DNA of 64,000 nt from Torpedo marmorata (taxonomy: Eukaryota): the NCBI GenBank assembly GCA_977017645.1, contig OZ360225.1:167524001-167588000 (forward strand), read 5' to 3'. Under the pieces are notes generated by a model. It did no database searches, was not told the DNA's origin, and was given only the letters and a program-made list of their open reading frames with translations. The translations under genes and the position numbers were made by a program. The first letter of the stretch is position 1. Every line of letters starts with the position of its first letter. Below are positions 1 to 13,000 of this stretch, piece after piece.

Positions 1-304
1 AGCTGCTGATAGCGATTATGAGGGGGTCATTTGCGAACTGGTGCATTCTTTCCACTGTTTATGCTAGTCTTTTGTTTTCTTGATACATGGAATCCTCAAT
101 GCTATTCTGAATGTTTCATTTCCATTTTGAACAAATATTATCCAAGGATTTGCATAATATGATGGGTGTTACATATTTCTATGGTTGCTTTGCGAACATC
201 GTGGAATATTTTTATTTGTACACCTAGTCAGAATTGTCTTCCTGTTTTAAGAGAATTCTGAGCCAATGAAATGCAATTAGGGTCTAAAAGAGGATGTTAG
301 CCTG

Positions 305-710
305 AGAGAAGACCCTCACCACCCAGCACACGCTCTGTTCTCGCTGCTGCCATCAGGAAAGAGGTATAGGTGCCACAAGACTCACACCACCAGGTTCAGG
401 AACAGCTGCTACCCCTCCACCATCAGACTCCTCAACGACAAACTCAATCAGAGACTAATTTAAGGACTCTTACTTGTGCACTTTATTGATTTTCTTTTTG
501 TTCTCTCCGTATTGCACAGTCAGTTTGTTTACATTTGTTATGTGTTTACAGTTCTTTGTTTATTTACATGGTTTACGCTGTGCACAGTTTATTTTTTGCA
601 CTACCAATTAGGGGTAATTCTGCCTCGCCCGCAGGAAAAAGGAATCTCAGGGTTGTATGCGATGTCATGTATGTACTCTGACAATAAATCTGAATTCTGA
701 AATCTGAAAA
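305..710 (+). mobile_element. Rex1/Babar LINE 3' fragment
   Basis: Encodes DPHHPAHALFSLLPSGKRYRCHKTHTTRFRNSCYP (Rex1 C-terminus). The 3' UTR ends in AATAAA followed by a (TCTGAA)n tail. Near-identical to 37050-37438. Confidence 0.85.
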
Positions 711-924
711 GAAATGAATGTAATTAGGGACTTAAATGGGATGCGAGCCCAGGAGAGGATATTGATATTGGTTTACTTATGGATTTGGAGCGTTTTGAAA
801 AGGAAACTCTAGTGCTTTGAGGTGCCTGCTACAGATAGTCCATGTCTAAGAGGGGTATATGTGAACAGGGATCACAGCTGCCCAATGCACCACGAGCATT
901 GTGATAGTTTTAAAGCATAGGATG

Positions 925-997
925 CCATATGTGCTCTGTGGTTGGTATGGGATTACAAAGTGGTATGTGAGTGGAAAATAAAGGGTTTAGAACCACT
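925..997 (+). mobile_element. Degenerate partial copy of the hAT MITE unit at 38608-38738
   Basis: GTGCTCTGTGGTTGGTATGGGATT...GTGGTATGTGAGTGG...AACCACT aligns by eye to 38670-38738. Confidence 0.55.
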
Positions 998-1304
998 CGT
1001 TTAAAGTCTTGAATTTCAAAAACCTTTTGTTTGATGGCTAAAGGCTATGCTGGCATACTGTAGCTGATGGTATTTTTAGCTGAGATATGGGAAAAAGATA
1101 ATGTTTTCCAGAGTCTGTTGTGGACCTTTGTTGTTCGAGGGCCATTTTGGACAGTAGTGGCTGATTAAAAGTGGACCATTGTTTTGTAGATGTTAAGTGC
1201 AAGGTCCATTCTCTCATTGAGTTCACTGGCTGAGTTAATGATGACTTGGAGACAAGCCTCCAAACAGATGCAGGGCCAAGCGTACTCTGCACACTGAAGC
1301 TTGA

Positions 1305-1715
1305 TGGATTGGAAGGCTGGGGTTATAAGGACAGATTGGATAGGCTGGGTCTGTTTTCCATGGAGCAAAGGAGGCGAAGAGGTGACAAGATAGAGGTACT
1401 CAAAATTATGAGAGATATAGATAGGGTAGATTGCCAGAGTCTATTTGCCAGAATGTAAAAGTAGAGGGTATAGGTTTAAGGAGATAGGGAGGAGAATAGT
1501 TCTAAGGGTACATTTTTCACACATACAATATTTAGTATCTGAAACTGAGCAGCCAGAGGAAGATGGTGGAGGCAGGAACAGTAACAACATTTAAGAGGCA
1601 TTTGGACAGGTACTCGAATGACTGGGGCAGAGAGGAATGCAGATTAGTGCAACTAAATCAGATTAGTTTCGATAGGCTGATGGGCCGAAAGGCCTGTTTC
1701 TATGCTGTTCAACTC
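1305..1715 (+). mobile_element. CR1 LINE 3' fragment
   Basis: Translation GYKDRLDRLGLFSMEQRRRRGDKIEVLKIM (CR1 ORF2 C-terminus). CR1 3' UTR GGGCCGAAAGGCCTGTTTCTATGCTG. Confidence 0.85.
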
Positions 1716-1895
1716 TTCGCCACAATTGTCTCACCCCCATGATGTTCACCGACCTACCCCATTGAAACCTCTTGCTCATCAGAGGCCACATTGAGAGATC
1801 CTACACTGCATTCATCATTCATCTCACAATCTAGCAAAATGGAGTAAACGCAAGTCACCCGTGGACCCAAGTGATTGTCCAAGAAAAACATTGCA

Positions 1896-3212
1896 AGAAC
1901 CATAGAACCATAGAAATGACAGCACAGAAAACACACCCTTCAGCCCTGCTAGTCTCTGCCAAACTATTATTCTGCCTAGTCCCACTGACCTGCACCTATT
2001 CCATATCCCTCCATACCCCTCCCATCCATGTACCTGTCCAAATGTTTCTTAAATGTTAAAACTGAGCCCTCATTCACCACTTCAGCTAGCAGCTCGTTCC
2101 ACACTCCCACCACTGTGTGAAGAAAAACCCCCAAATGTTCCCTGTAAACTTCTCCCCTTTCACCCTTAACCATGCCCTCAGTGCAAAAAGCCTACATGCA
2201 TTTACACTATCTATACCCATCATAATTTTGTATGCCTCTATCAAATATCCCCTCAGTCCTCTATGCTCGAGGGAATAAAGTCCTAACCTGTTTAACCTTT
2301 CCCTGTAACACACCTCCTCAAGTCCAGCAACATCCTTGTAAATCTTCTCTGCACTCTTTCAATTTTATTGATATCTTTCCTGTTTAGGTAGGTGACCAAA
2401 ACTGCACACAATACTCCAAATTTGGCCTCACCAATGTCTTATACAACTTTACCATAACATCCCAACTCTTATACTCAATACTTTGATTTATGAAGGCCAA
2501 TGTACCAATAGCTCACTTTATGACCCTATCTACCTGTGATGCCATTTTCAGGGAATTATCTATCTGTATTCCCAGATCCCTCCGTTCTACCACATTCCTC
2601 AATGCCCTAGCATTTACTGTGTATGCCCTATCTTGGTTTGTCCTTCCAAAATGCAACATCTCACACTTGTCCTCATGAAATTCCATCTGCCATTTTGCAG
2701 CCCATCTTTTCAGCTGGTCCAGATCCTCTGAAAACTTTAAAAACTTTCCTCAGTGTCACTACACTCCAATCTTTGTGTCGTCTGCAAAATTGCTGATCCA
2801 GTTTACCACATTATCATTTAGATCATTAATATAGATGACAAAGAGCAACGGACCCAGCACTGATCCTTGAGGCACAGCACTAGTCACAGGCTTCCAGTCA
2901 GAGAGGCAATCATCCACTACCATTCTCTGGCTTCTTCCAGAAAACCAATGTCGACTCCAGTTTACTACCTCACCATGAATACTGAGCGACTGAACTTTAC
3001 CGAATAACCTCCCATCTGGGACCTTGTCAAGGGCTTTACTAAAGTCCATGCAGACAATAGCCATAGCCTTTCCTTCATCAACTTTCTTGGTAACCTCCTC
3101 AATAAACTCCATAAGACTTGTTAAACATGACCTACCATGCACAAAGATATGTTGAGTATTCCCAATCAGTCCCTGACTATCCAAATACTTGTATATCCCA
3201 TCTCTTAGAACA
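1896..3212 (-). mobile_element. CR1 LINE, 5'-truncated (RT to 3' tail)
   Basis: ORF 2759-3184 has DFSKALDKV, VPQGSVLGP and FADDTK. ORF 2086-2313 has RLNRLGLYSLE. The (TTCTATGG)n tail reads agaaccatagaaccatagaa at 1896. Confidence 0.92.
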
Positions 3213-6200
3213 TTTTTTTTTAAAAGATATTTTTATTGAAGCAAAATAGCCATATTTTTATAAACATAAGAAAAAAAAACAAACAAAAAAAACCAAATGA
3301 ACAAACAAAATGCTCCCTCCCACCCCCCACCCTGGTATGGTAAAAATTTCTCCCACGTTCACAATTGAAAAATAGCAAAAATAAAATTCGATCAAGTAAG
3401 GTATGAGGTCCTAATGTATATTAATAAGGTATATATTACTACGTTAAGCAGGTAGTAGAAGTACGGGAGGACGGGTATCCGTACTAATTCAGTAACCGAG
3501 GAGGTGTAATAACGGTAATAAGGCCAAAAAAGAGCCCCATATTTTTTCATATGTTGCTGGTTTCCTCCTCACACTATACAAGATCTTTTCAGGTGTACTA
3601 TAGGATGTTAACTCGTTTAACCATTGACTCTGTGAAGGAGGAAATTCAGATTTCCACTTTTGTAGGATACACTTTTTCCCAGCTGTGGCCGCAAGCATTA
3701 TAAAGTATTTTTTATTGTGGTTCACATTAAGACCTTGTAGATCTCCCAAAATCCAGACCCTAGGGTCAAATGAAATTTTGGTTTTTATAATATCTGAGGT
3801 TATTCTAACAATGTACTTTCAAACTCTCATTGCGGCAGTCAGACGTTCCCACCTGCTTCAAAAAGGCATCAATCATCCCGGTACCCAAGAAGAGTAGTGT
3901 GAGCTGCCTCAACGACGACTGCCCAATAGCACTAACTTCTACTGTGATGAAATGCTTTGAGAGGCTGGTCATGGCCAGAATTAACACATACCTAAGCAAA
4001 GATCTGGACTCACAACAATTCGTCTATCGTCTCAATCGCTCCACAGCAGATGCAGTATCGCTGGCTCGCCACTCAGCCCTGGATCACCTCGAAAACAGCA
4101 ATTCATACATACGGCTGCTCTTCATCAACTCCAGCTCGGCCTTCAATACCTCAGTGCTGGTCAAGAAGCTACAAACTCTACCCCCTCTGCAACTGGATCC
4201 TTGACTTTCTCATCGGAAGACCAGTCAGTACGAATTGGAAACAACGTCTCCTCCTCACTGCTAATCAACACAGGCGCACCCCAAGGATGCGTGCTTAGCT
4301 CACTGCTCTACTCGTTATACACCCATGACTGTATGGCCAGGTACAATTCTAATGCCATCTACAAGTTTGCCGATGACACCACAGTTGTCGGTAGAATCAC
4401 AAACGGCAATGAGGAAGCGTACAGGACGGAGATAGATCAGCTCATTGAATGGTGTAACGACAACAACCTTGCGCTCAACGTCAGCAAAACCTAGGAGATG
4501 ATTGTGGACTTCAGGAGGAAGTCAGGGGAACACGACCCAGTCCTCATCGAGGGTTCAGTAGTGGAGAGGGTCAAGAACTTCAAATTCCTGGGTGTCAACA
4601 TCTCCGAGGATCTGTCCTGGAGCCTCCACGTTGATGCAATCACAAAGAAGGCTCGCCAGCGGCTATACTTTGTGAGGTGTCTGAGGAGATTCGGTATGTC
4701 ACCAAAGACTCTCGTAAACTTCTACAGGTGTACCGTGGAGAGCATTCTGGCTGGTTGCATCACTGCCTGGTATGGAGGCGCCAACTCTCAGGACAAGAAT
4801 AAACTCCAGAGGGTTGTTAACTCGGCCTGTGACATCACAGGCACCAGACTTCACTACATCGTGGACATCTACATGAGGCGGTGTCTTAAAAAAAGCAGTC
4901 TCTATCCTCAAAGACCCCCACCACCCAGGCTATGCCCTCTTCACACTGCTACCATCGGGAAAAAGGTACAGGAGCCTAAAGACGAGCACTCAACTGCACA
5001 AGGACAGCTTCTTCCCCGCTGCCATCAGATTCCTAAATAATCAATGAACCAAAAACACTGCCTTACTTGTCGTGCACTTATTTATATATATTTTTTATAG
5101 TAATGTCGTAAGATGATTATAATATAAATGTTTGCACTATGATGCTGCCGCAAAACATTGAATTTCATGACTTGTTCATGACAATAAATTCTGATTCTCA
5201 TGTATTTCCAAAAGTCTTCCAGATGAGAGCAATTCCAAAGCATATGAAGTAAATCTCCATCACAAGTTTTACATCTCTGACAATTGGGAGGGGTTATAGT
5301 ATATTTTGTGCAGTCTATGTGGAGTGTAGTAGGTCCTATTAAAGATATTAAATTGTATTTGTCTATGTTTAGTTGAGATTAATTCAGTTTGAGACATTTG
5401 AATGATATTACACCAATCAGCATCATCGTAATTGCATTCTAGATCTGATTCCCATTTATTTTTAATATCACTTAGTATAGATTGGCAAGCTACTGTTTAA
5501 AATAATATAAATAGATGATGTCAGACCCTTTGTAGTGTACAGGGTTTCACTAAGCAAGTGCTTTTCAAACAGGGATTCTGTTGGAATTTGAGGATCGTCT
5601 GTATAACTGTTACGGACCCAGTGTCTAATCTGAAAATATTTGAATAAATTATGATTTGGTAGATTGAATTTACCAGACAATTGTTGAAAATTGGCAAAGT
5701 TATCTTGGCTATATAAATCTTCAATTGTTTTTATACCACTATTAACCCAATTTTTAAAAATTCCATCTGCAATCAGGTGGGGGATATTGGGGTTATTCCA
5801 CAGAGGAGTTTTCCGAAATAATGAGGTATTTATACCAATAACTGCATGAGCTTCTTGCTGTACTGCAAAATAATTTAGAATTATAGGGTTCTTTGTAATA
5901 TTTAAGAGTGCTTTCTAGATGTTAAAAAAGGAAGAACTTTTAAGGGAACATTCTTTAGTTGATGTTGTTCAATAGGAAGCCATCTAGCGTCATTGTACTC
6001 AGAGTGCAACCAACACCATATTGAGCTGCAAGGTAGTAACATTTAAAATTAGGAAGATTTAATCCTCCCTTGGCGTAAGGGGCCTGAAGTGTTGAGAGTT
6101 TGACTCTAGGGACTTTACCTTTCCATAAGAAGCTGGACATTGATTTGTTTAATTCATTAAATAGACTTTTGGGAATTTTAATTGGGACACATTGGAATAA

Positions 6201-6290
6201 ATATCGAAATTTGGGGAGTATATTCATTTTAATTAAGTTCACTCTTCCAATTAAAGATAATGGCAGTTCCCTCCATTTCTGTAGATCTCC
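3213..6290 (-). mobile_element. L1-clade LINE 3' portion, interrupted by Rex1 (3824-5199)
   Basis: Poly-T at 3213. ORF 5955-6311 has LPLSLIGRVNLIKMNILPK and GGLNLPNF; ORFs 5468-5680 and 3489-3749 (ILQKWK...W) are further L1 ORF2 C-terminal pieces. Confidence 0.88.
3824..5199 (+). mobile_element. Rex1/Babar LINE, 5'-truncated, inserted in L1
   Basis: ORFs 3830-4204, 4201-4494 (GAPQGCVLS, KFADDTT) and 4498-5040. Tail AATAAATTCTGATTCT. Imperfect TSD ATGTACTTTCAAA (3811-3823) / ATGTATTTCCAAA (5200-5212). Confidence 0.93.
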
Positions 6291-6543
6291 ACCCCTTCCC
6301 TCTCTATACACCGAGCCATCCCTCCTCCCCCTGCTTGCTGATGTTCCCTCCCTCCCTTATCCACCTATTACCTCCTGCCTTTGGGACTGTACTCCTCCCC
6401 CCTACCACTTTGTTCGGTTGCCTGCTGACATTTTTCCATACCTTGATGAAGGGCTCAAGCCTGAAACGTTGGTTATGTATCTTTGCTACATAAAGTATGC
6501 TGTTTGACCAGCTGAGTTTCTCCAGCATTGTGTTTTTGCTTCA
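6291..6543 (+). mobile_element. Penelope-like element terminal (pLTR) fragment
   Basis: A pyrimidine tract, then TTGATGAAGGGCTCAAGCCTGAAACG and GACCAGCTGAGTTTCTCCAGCA. Matches the end of the GIY-YIG-coding element at 30411-30730. Confidence 0.75.
6436..6477 (+). ncRNA. Minimal type I hammerhead ribozyme-like motif (Penelope pLTR)
   Basis: CATACC (stem I) - TTGATGA - A - GGGC tcaa GCCT (stem II) - GAAA CG TT - GGTTATG (stem I partner). Confidence 0.55.
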
Positions 6544-7941
6544 GGTACTGTTACCTGACTGATGTAACTTTGATGAAAATATTGAATGCTTATTGAAGTT
6601 TCAGATTGATCACCAGTAGCTGGGGCAAGTTAAAGACTGATTTCGAGTAGTAGAGATAAAGAAAATGGCCATCTAATGGTTACGGAAAATATTTTAGTAT
6701 GAGGTCTCAGCAGAGAAAATTCAAGCTTCTGATACAGAGAAAGGCAGAAATTACTTTTAAAAGGACAGCAGAGAACGTGAAGCAAATCAAATAATGTTTC
6801 AATGACACAAGGGCTGCATTTTATGTCTGTTATTGGAGAGAAAGGGAAGATTAGTGGAGATAAGGAGCTCCATTATATTGAAGTCTTGGGCAAGATCTTG
6901 TGATCTTTCCCAGCACACAACATTTGAAAGGTTGTGCTTTTAATATGGCCAACATGAAGCAATTCAGATATAATAACAGGGTTACCATTTGTATAAATAA
7001 TCTCTACCACACCTAGCTGGCATTTTGCCAATAAAAACAAAGGGAGCATCTATGTAAAAGTGTAATAATACTGCCAGGGTAAATACTGTGGAAAATCGGA
7101 AAAGGTGTCCGTTTCATACATGACTTCAAATGTAGCACCAGAGATGCATGCAGTTAAAGTGGGGAGAACCAGAACTGTTTATGCAGCTGGTTGTGATAAA
7201 AACAGTACCCCGTTCCTTCAACATATCTTGACCATTAATAATTAATTTATCATTGAGATTCTTATTTTACAGCCCTATGTAAATTCCCTCTATGGCTCAC
7301 CTCAACCTTCACACGCCCTCAGAAGACTTATGCTCCATTTATTTTGGTCATCCACTCATTGCTTGCAAAACTCTTGAGGATATTATATGAGATGGAATCA
7401 CTAAATTTAATTCTTCTGTTCTTATTATGAATCATTTGAAGATAAAAGAATATTGTAAGAATCCACAGTCTGACTGAAAGGGTCCTGTTAAAATAGGACG
7501 ATTTTAAATAACTAAATGTTCACTACTTATATCCCATCTATGAATGGACTTCGATATGGCAGTGGCTATCGCAATGAGACTGAAATTGGGTGCTTGTGAA
7601 TGGAGTATACAGTATATAGCCACAGACCCAAAGAACATGACTTAAAATTTCCTGCGCTGACTTCCCAGGAGATGTTGGCTGCTGACACTCACATTTGACA
7701 AAATGTCGGTGAATATATCTCTCTCTCTCTCTCTCACATAATATCAACTATTAAGGTCAGTGTGGGCATCAATGTGATATTACACCAGGGAGTAATGGTC
7801 TATGCATCTACAGCCTATGTGAGGTCGAGTTTGCAATCATGCTACCATTATGAGTACCAGAAGTGAAATCATTAGCCCATATTATCAGAAGCGTACAAAG
7901 GGTAACCACTTTATCTTTCTGCCCAAAACAAATTTTGCCTC

Positions 7942-7985
7942 TTTTTTTTTTTAATATTTTATTTAAAATTTTTAAAACACACAAT
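7942..7985 (-). mobile_element. Extremely 5'-truncated L1 insertion (~44 bp)
   Basis: Poly-T plus AATATTTTATTTAAAATTTTTAAAACAC, the same 3' end as the L1s at 12248 and 20353. Flanked by TSD ACAAATTTTGCCTC (7928-7941, 7986-7999). Confidence 0.8.
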
Positions 7986-7999
7986 ACAAATTTTGCCTC

Positions 8000-8220
8000 T
8001 GTAGTGATAGTGTGCTACCACTAGGAGGAGTTGGAGATGAGTTGTGTGGCAGCTGTTGCATCTTGGGAAACCTATTGCATCTTGGGTAGATTCAAGATGG
8101 ATGCCTCCACATGAGTTCTTGTCTGTGTGTGTTCTGTTCTTAGTGCTGTTTGCTTAAGTTAATAAATGTAGTTGTTTAAAAAGAACCCAAGTTTCTTATT
8201 GTAATAGAAGACACATCACA
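8000..8220 (+). repeat. 5' LTR of Gypsy-1 (221 bp)
   Basis: TGTAGTGAT...CATCACA with AATAAA at 8161. About 12 differences, counted by eye, from the reconstructed 3' LTR. Confidence 0.95.
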
Positions 8221-8235
8221 TGGTACCAGGAGTGG
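8221..8235 (+). promoter_or_regulatory. Primer-binding site complementary to tRNA-Leu(UAA) 3' end
   Basis: TGGTACCAGGAGTGG lies directly after the LTR and is complementary to the vertebrate tRNA-Leu(UAA) end CCACTCCTGGTACCA. Confidence 0.85.
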
Positions 8236-8308
8236 AAGAAACAGCCAGAAGTGGAAGAAACACCAGGAGTGTGCATAGTGAGTATCAGTCGATATCAGCA
8301 GAGAAAAT

Positions 8309-9133
8309 ATGGAGAGTTTAAAAGCTCCTGAAGCTGTAAAATGGACTGGAAATGTCAACCAGGAGTGGAGGATGTTTAAACAAAGATTCATGCTGTATCT
8401 GCAAGGCATTGGAATTGATAGAAAACCGAGTACATGGAAGATTGCAATACTACTTATCTTGGCGGGACCTAAAGCACTAGAGGTTTTCAACACATTTGTT
8501 TTTGCGAGGCAGAAGACCAGGGCAAATTCGACAACGTGATCGAGATGTTTGATGAACACTGTTCACCAAAGAAAAATGAAACGTTCAAGAGGTACATGTT
8601 TCGCTCGCGCACGCAGCTGCAGGGAGAGAGCTTTGATACTTTTTTTAAACAGACTTAAAATTAAAAGCAAGAACATGCAATTTCGGACCACTGCAAGATT
8701 CAATGATCCGTGATCAAACTGTGTTCGGAATTAATGATAAGAAAGTGAGAGAGAGGTTGCTGCGAGAGACAGAGCTTACCTTAGCTGGAGCTGTGAAGAT
8801 ATGCCACGCCAGTGAATTAGCTCTGCAGCAGGCGAAAAAGTTTGGTGATAGTGTAAAAACCAATGAAAATGAAGGCATAGTCATAGCCACAGTATCTGGA
8901 CACACACACAAACAAAATATGAGATATAGGAAACAACAAAAAAATGGAGAGACATTTAATTGTAAATGATGTGGCACTAAACATGCACCAAAATGATGCC
9001 CAGCTTATGGGAAAGTCTGTAATAAGTGCAAAGCGTAGAATCACTATGCAAAGCAATGTTTTTACAAAGGAAAAAAAGACAGAAGTAAAAGTATACACAC
9101 TATAGAAGAAACTGCTCTCAGTGATACACTTTC
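8309..9133 (+). pseudogene. gag: Gypsy gag remnant with tandem CCHC-type knuckles
   Basis: MESLKAPEAVKWTGNVNQEWRMFKQRF, MIRDQTVFGIND and CK*CGTKH..CPAYGKVCNKC..NHYAKQC. Frameshifts and stops. Confidence 0.85.
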
Positions 9134-10050
9134 AAGGTCATTACATTGAGCACGGGGGCTCCCCAGGGCTGTGTGCTTAGTCCATTGCTGTTCACCCTGC
9201 TGACTCATGACTGTGCAGCAAAACACAGCTCAAATCACATCATAAAGTTTGCTGATGATACAACCGTGGTGGGCCTTATCAGTAAGAATGATGAGTCAGC
9301 ATACAGAGATGAGGTGCAGTCGCTAATGGAATGGTGCGGAAACAACAACCAGCAGCTCAACGTGAACAAAACAAAAGAGTTGGTTGTCGACTTCAGAAGG
9401 GCCCTGGGGGATCATTCTCCTTTGACCATGGACGGCTCTACCGTTGAGGTCGTAAAGAGTACCAAGTTTCTTGGAGTGTACTTGGCGGAGAGTCTCAGCT
9501 GGTCCCTAAACACCAGTTGCATAGTCAAGAAAGCCCAGCAGCGTCTTTACTTCCTGTGAAGACTGAGGAAAGTTCATCTCCCACCCCCTATCCTTACTAC
9601 ATTCTACAGGGGATGCATTGAGAGTATTCTGAGCAATTGCATCACAGCTTGGTTTGGAAACTGTACCACCTCGGACCGAAAGACCCTGCAGAGGATAGTG
9701 AGGGCAGCGGAGAAAATTATTGGAGTCTCTCTCCCCACCATGACAGACATTTACAACACACGATGCATGAGGAAGGCTAAAAACATTGCGAAGGACTTAT
9801 CACACCCCTTTGGTAAACTGTTTTCCCCTTTGCCATCTGGAAGGAGTTAGCGAAGCACTCGGGCGCGCACGTCCAGACTGTGCAACAGTTTTTTCCCCCA
9901 AGCCATCAGGCTCCTCAATTCCTAGATATATATGTGTATTAGCATGTTATAGTTTTTCTATTGTATTATGATATTTATGGTCCTGGAGAAACGCTATCCG
10001 TCTTACTGTGTATATGGTAATGAACGACAATTAAAGGTGACTCGACTTGA
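9134..10050 (+). mobile_element. Rex1/Babar LINE 3' part inserted in Gypsy-1 between gag and protease
   Basis: ORF 9146-9559 has STGAPQGCVLSP and KFADDTT. Tail GACTCGACTTGACT. The Gypsy flanks are contiguous in the sister copy at 44220-44250. Confidence 0.92.
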
Positions 10051-13000
10051 CTTTTCGTGGGCATGGTAGTGCAAGAAGTGAACAATGTTGAGCAGGACAA
10101 ATGGAGTGTGTCATTGCATACAAATTGAGCAAATATTCCTTTCAAGATGGACACAGGGGCAAAGGTCAAAATGTGAGCACGACATCAGGGCAATGAAGAT
10201 AAAGCCATACATCCATGCATATCCTGTACAGCTCAAAGCCTACAATGGACAGAGCATCGACACGAAAGGTACATGTAAACTCGAGGTGAAAGTTAAAGAT
10301 AAAGAGCACCACCTCAGGTTCACAGTCGTCCCAGATGGACATTATTCACTGCTTGGTGACAAAGCATGTGAAAACTTAAACCTAGTAAAGAGGGTGTACC
10401 ACATTAAGTGACAATGCACAGAACAGCGTAGAGGAAATATTGGATCAATTTCCAGACATCTTCAAGGGGTTTGGAGTTCTACCATTCACCTATAAGATAC
10501 AGTTAAAGGAGGACGCACAGCCAGTAGTGCATGCTACAAGGCGGGTTCCAGCGGCACTAAAAGAAAATCTCAAGCAGGAACTCGACCGAATGAGGGCGCT
10601 AGGGGTCATAAAGAAAGTGGAGGAGCCCACAAAATGGGTGAATTCAATGGTGTGTGTCAAAAATAAGAACGGTGACCTACACGTGTGCATGGACCCAAAA
10701 GACTTGAATGCCAATATAAAGAGGGAACATTATCAGATTCCAACCAGGGATGAAATTACAAGTGAGATGGGAGGTGCAAAGTTTTTCACTATATTGGATG
10801 CATCCCAGGGCTTCTGGCAAATAAAACTGCATGAAGATAGCACAAAATATTGTACATTTAATACACCATTTGGACGATACTCCTGTCTGAGGATGCCTTT
10901 TGGAATTTCCTCAGCTCCGGAAGTGTTCCACAGGACAATGGAGCACATCATAGAAGGCATAAATGGGGTGCGTGTGTACATGGATGACATGATCCTATGG
11001 GGATCCACACAAGAACAACACAACAAGATTAAAGTTAAACAGAGAAAAATGTCAGTTTGGTGTAAAGGAAATCATCTTTCTGGGAGATAAACTGTCAGAG
11101 GCAGGTGTGGAGCCAGACAAGAGCAAGGTGAAAGCAATTTTAGAGATTCCCAGACCCACTGACAAAAAAGGCTTATTGAGAGTGTTGGGAATGATCAATT
11201 TCATTGTTAAATTCATACCAAACCTGTCTTCTAAAACAATGTACCTAAGGAAGTTGTTACAGGACAAATGTGAATTCAAGTGGACAGACAACCACGAGGA
11301 AGAATGGGGACAACTGAAGACCATTCTAACTACAGAACCAGTACTTTATATGTTCTTTGATGCATCCAGAAGGATGCAAATATCAATGGACGCTTCAAAA
11401 GATGGAATACTACTTCAGGCTGTGGGAGAAGATTGGAGGCCAGTAGCATACGCATCAAGGACGATGACAACATCTGAATGTCGATATGCACAGGTTGAGA
11501 AAGAGTGTCTAGGCCTGGTCTATGGACTCGAGAAATTCCACAGTTATGTGCATGGTCTACCAACATTCGTGGCAGAGACAGGCCACAAACCATTAATAGC
11601 GATAATCAAGAAAAATCTCAGTGAAATGTCACCGAGAATCCAAAGACTGATGATGTTATGACTTTGAATTGGTGTACACACCAGGGAAACCTATTGTGTT
11701 AGCTGATGCGTTATCCAGGGCAACGATGCAGAGTGAAGCACAAAATGAGAGTTCCACAGGGACAGATGTGAATCTCCACGTGAATCTGATCACTGAATCT
11801 CTTCCCGTATCTGACATGAAATCCAAGCAGATCGTAGCTGAAACAGAAAAGGACACTTTTCTACAGAAGGTCATCAAGAATCTGAATGAAGGATGGCCTA
11901 GAGGTGAATGTTAGCCATACTACAACATCAGAGCTGAGCTGAGTGTTGTCAATGGGCTTCTACTCAGACAGAGCAGAATTATCATTCCTCAATCACTGCG
12001 ACAAGAGATGCTGAAAAGGGTGCACGAGGGGCACAATGGAATGGAAAAATGCAAGAGGGCCAGAACAGCTGTTTATTGGGCAGGGATAAATGCTGACATT
12101 GACAGGATGGTTTCCAGCTGTGAGACCTGTTTGAAACATCACGCAAAGCAGGCAAAGGAACCCATGATAATAACTGACTTACCAGCAGAACCATGGCAGA
12201 AATTTGAGACTGAACTGTTCCACATGGATGGAAAGAATTACTTGCTGTTTTTTTTTTTTTAAATATTTTATTTAAAATTTTAAATCACAAAATACATAAG
12301 GTAAAATATAAAATTATCAAAATACTTGTGATATATTTTCACCCCCCCTCCCTCACCCTCCCATCCCTACTAATCTAATAAAATAAAAATAAAAGAAAGA
12401 AAAAGATAGAGTAAGGAGAATGTCAATCTAAAAAAAAAAAACATCTATAAATTAATTTTATTATGGAGGTTAGGTTCGCCAGTAGATCCGATGTCCAGAG
12501 ATCTTCAAATCCTTAAACCGACAACTTTCATACATGGGCTCCAAATTTTTAAAAAGAAATGATATTTATTACGTAAATTGTAAGTGATTTTTTCAAGTGG
12601 TATACATGAACGAAGTTCTGCATGCCATCTTTCTAACCCTAAATCTACATCAGATTTCCAAGTAATAGCAATACATTTCTTTGAAACAGCTAAAGCAATT
12701 CGCAGAAATTCTATTTGATACATATTTAATTTCATCTTAATACTAACTCTTTTAATATCTCTAAACAGAAATATCATAGGGTCCATTGGGAATGTGATTT
12801 TTAATACTTTGTCTAGAAAATTTTTAACTTTCAACCAAAAATCATAAACTTTTGGACAAAACCATGTAGAATGTACAAAATAACCTTCCTCTCTATTACA
12901 TCTAATAATTACTTGCTGGTTATTGACTATCTATCGAACTATTCAGAGATTGCACTGCTTCCTAGCATGTCTGCTGCTTGTGTGATTAAAAATAAGAAAT

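Larger units (their letters stand above)
1..1240 (-). mobile_element. Old degenerate RTE-clade LINE fragment (RT C-terminal region), interrupted by Rex1 at ~305-710
   Basis: Minus-strand translations give LNIYKTMVHF/NQP and TWTICSRHLKALE, which resemble the RTE motifs GLTIxxKKTEVxxQP and ETWTxYxRHxKxL. Many stops and frameshifts. Confidence 0.5.

Noticed and set aside
6545-7920. Possible host exons in non-repetitive DNA
   Set aside because: No ORF with recognisable protein features or convincing paired splice sites. A small exon cannot be excluded without RNA-seq.
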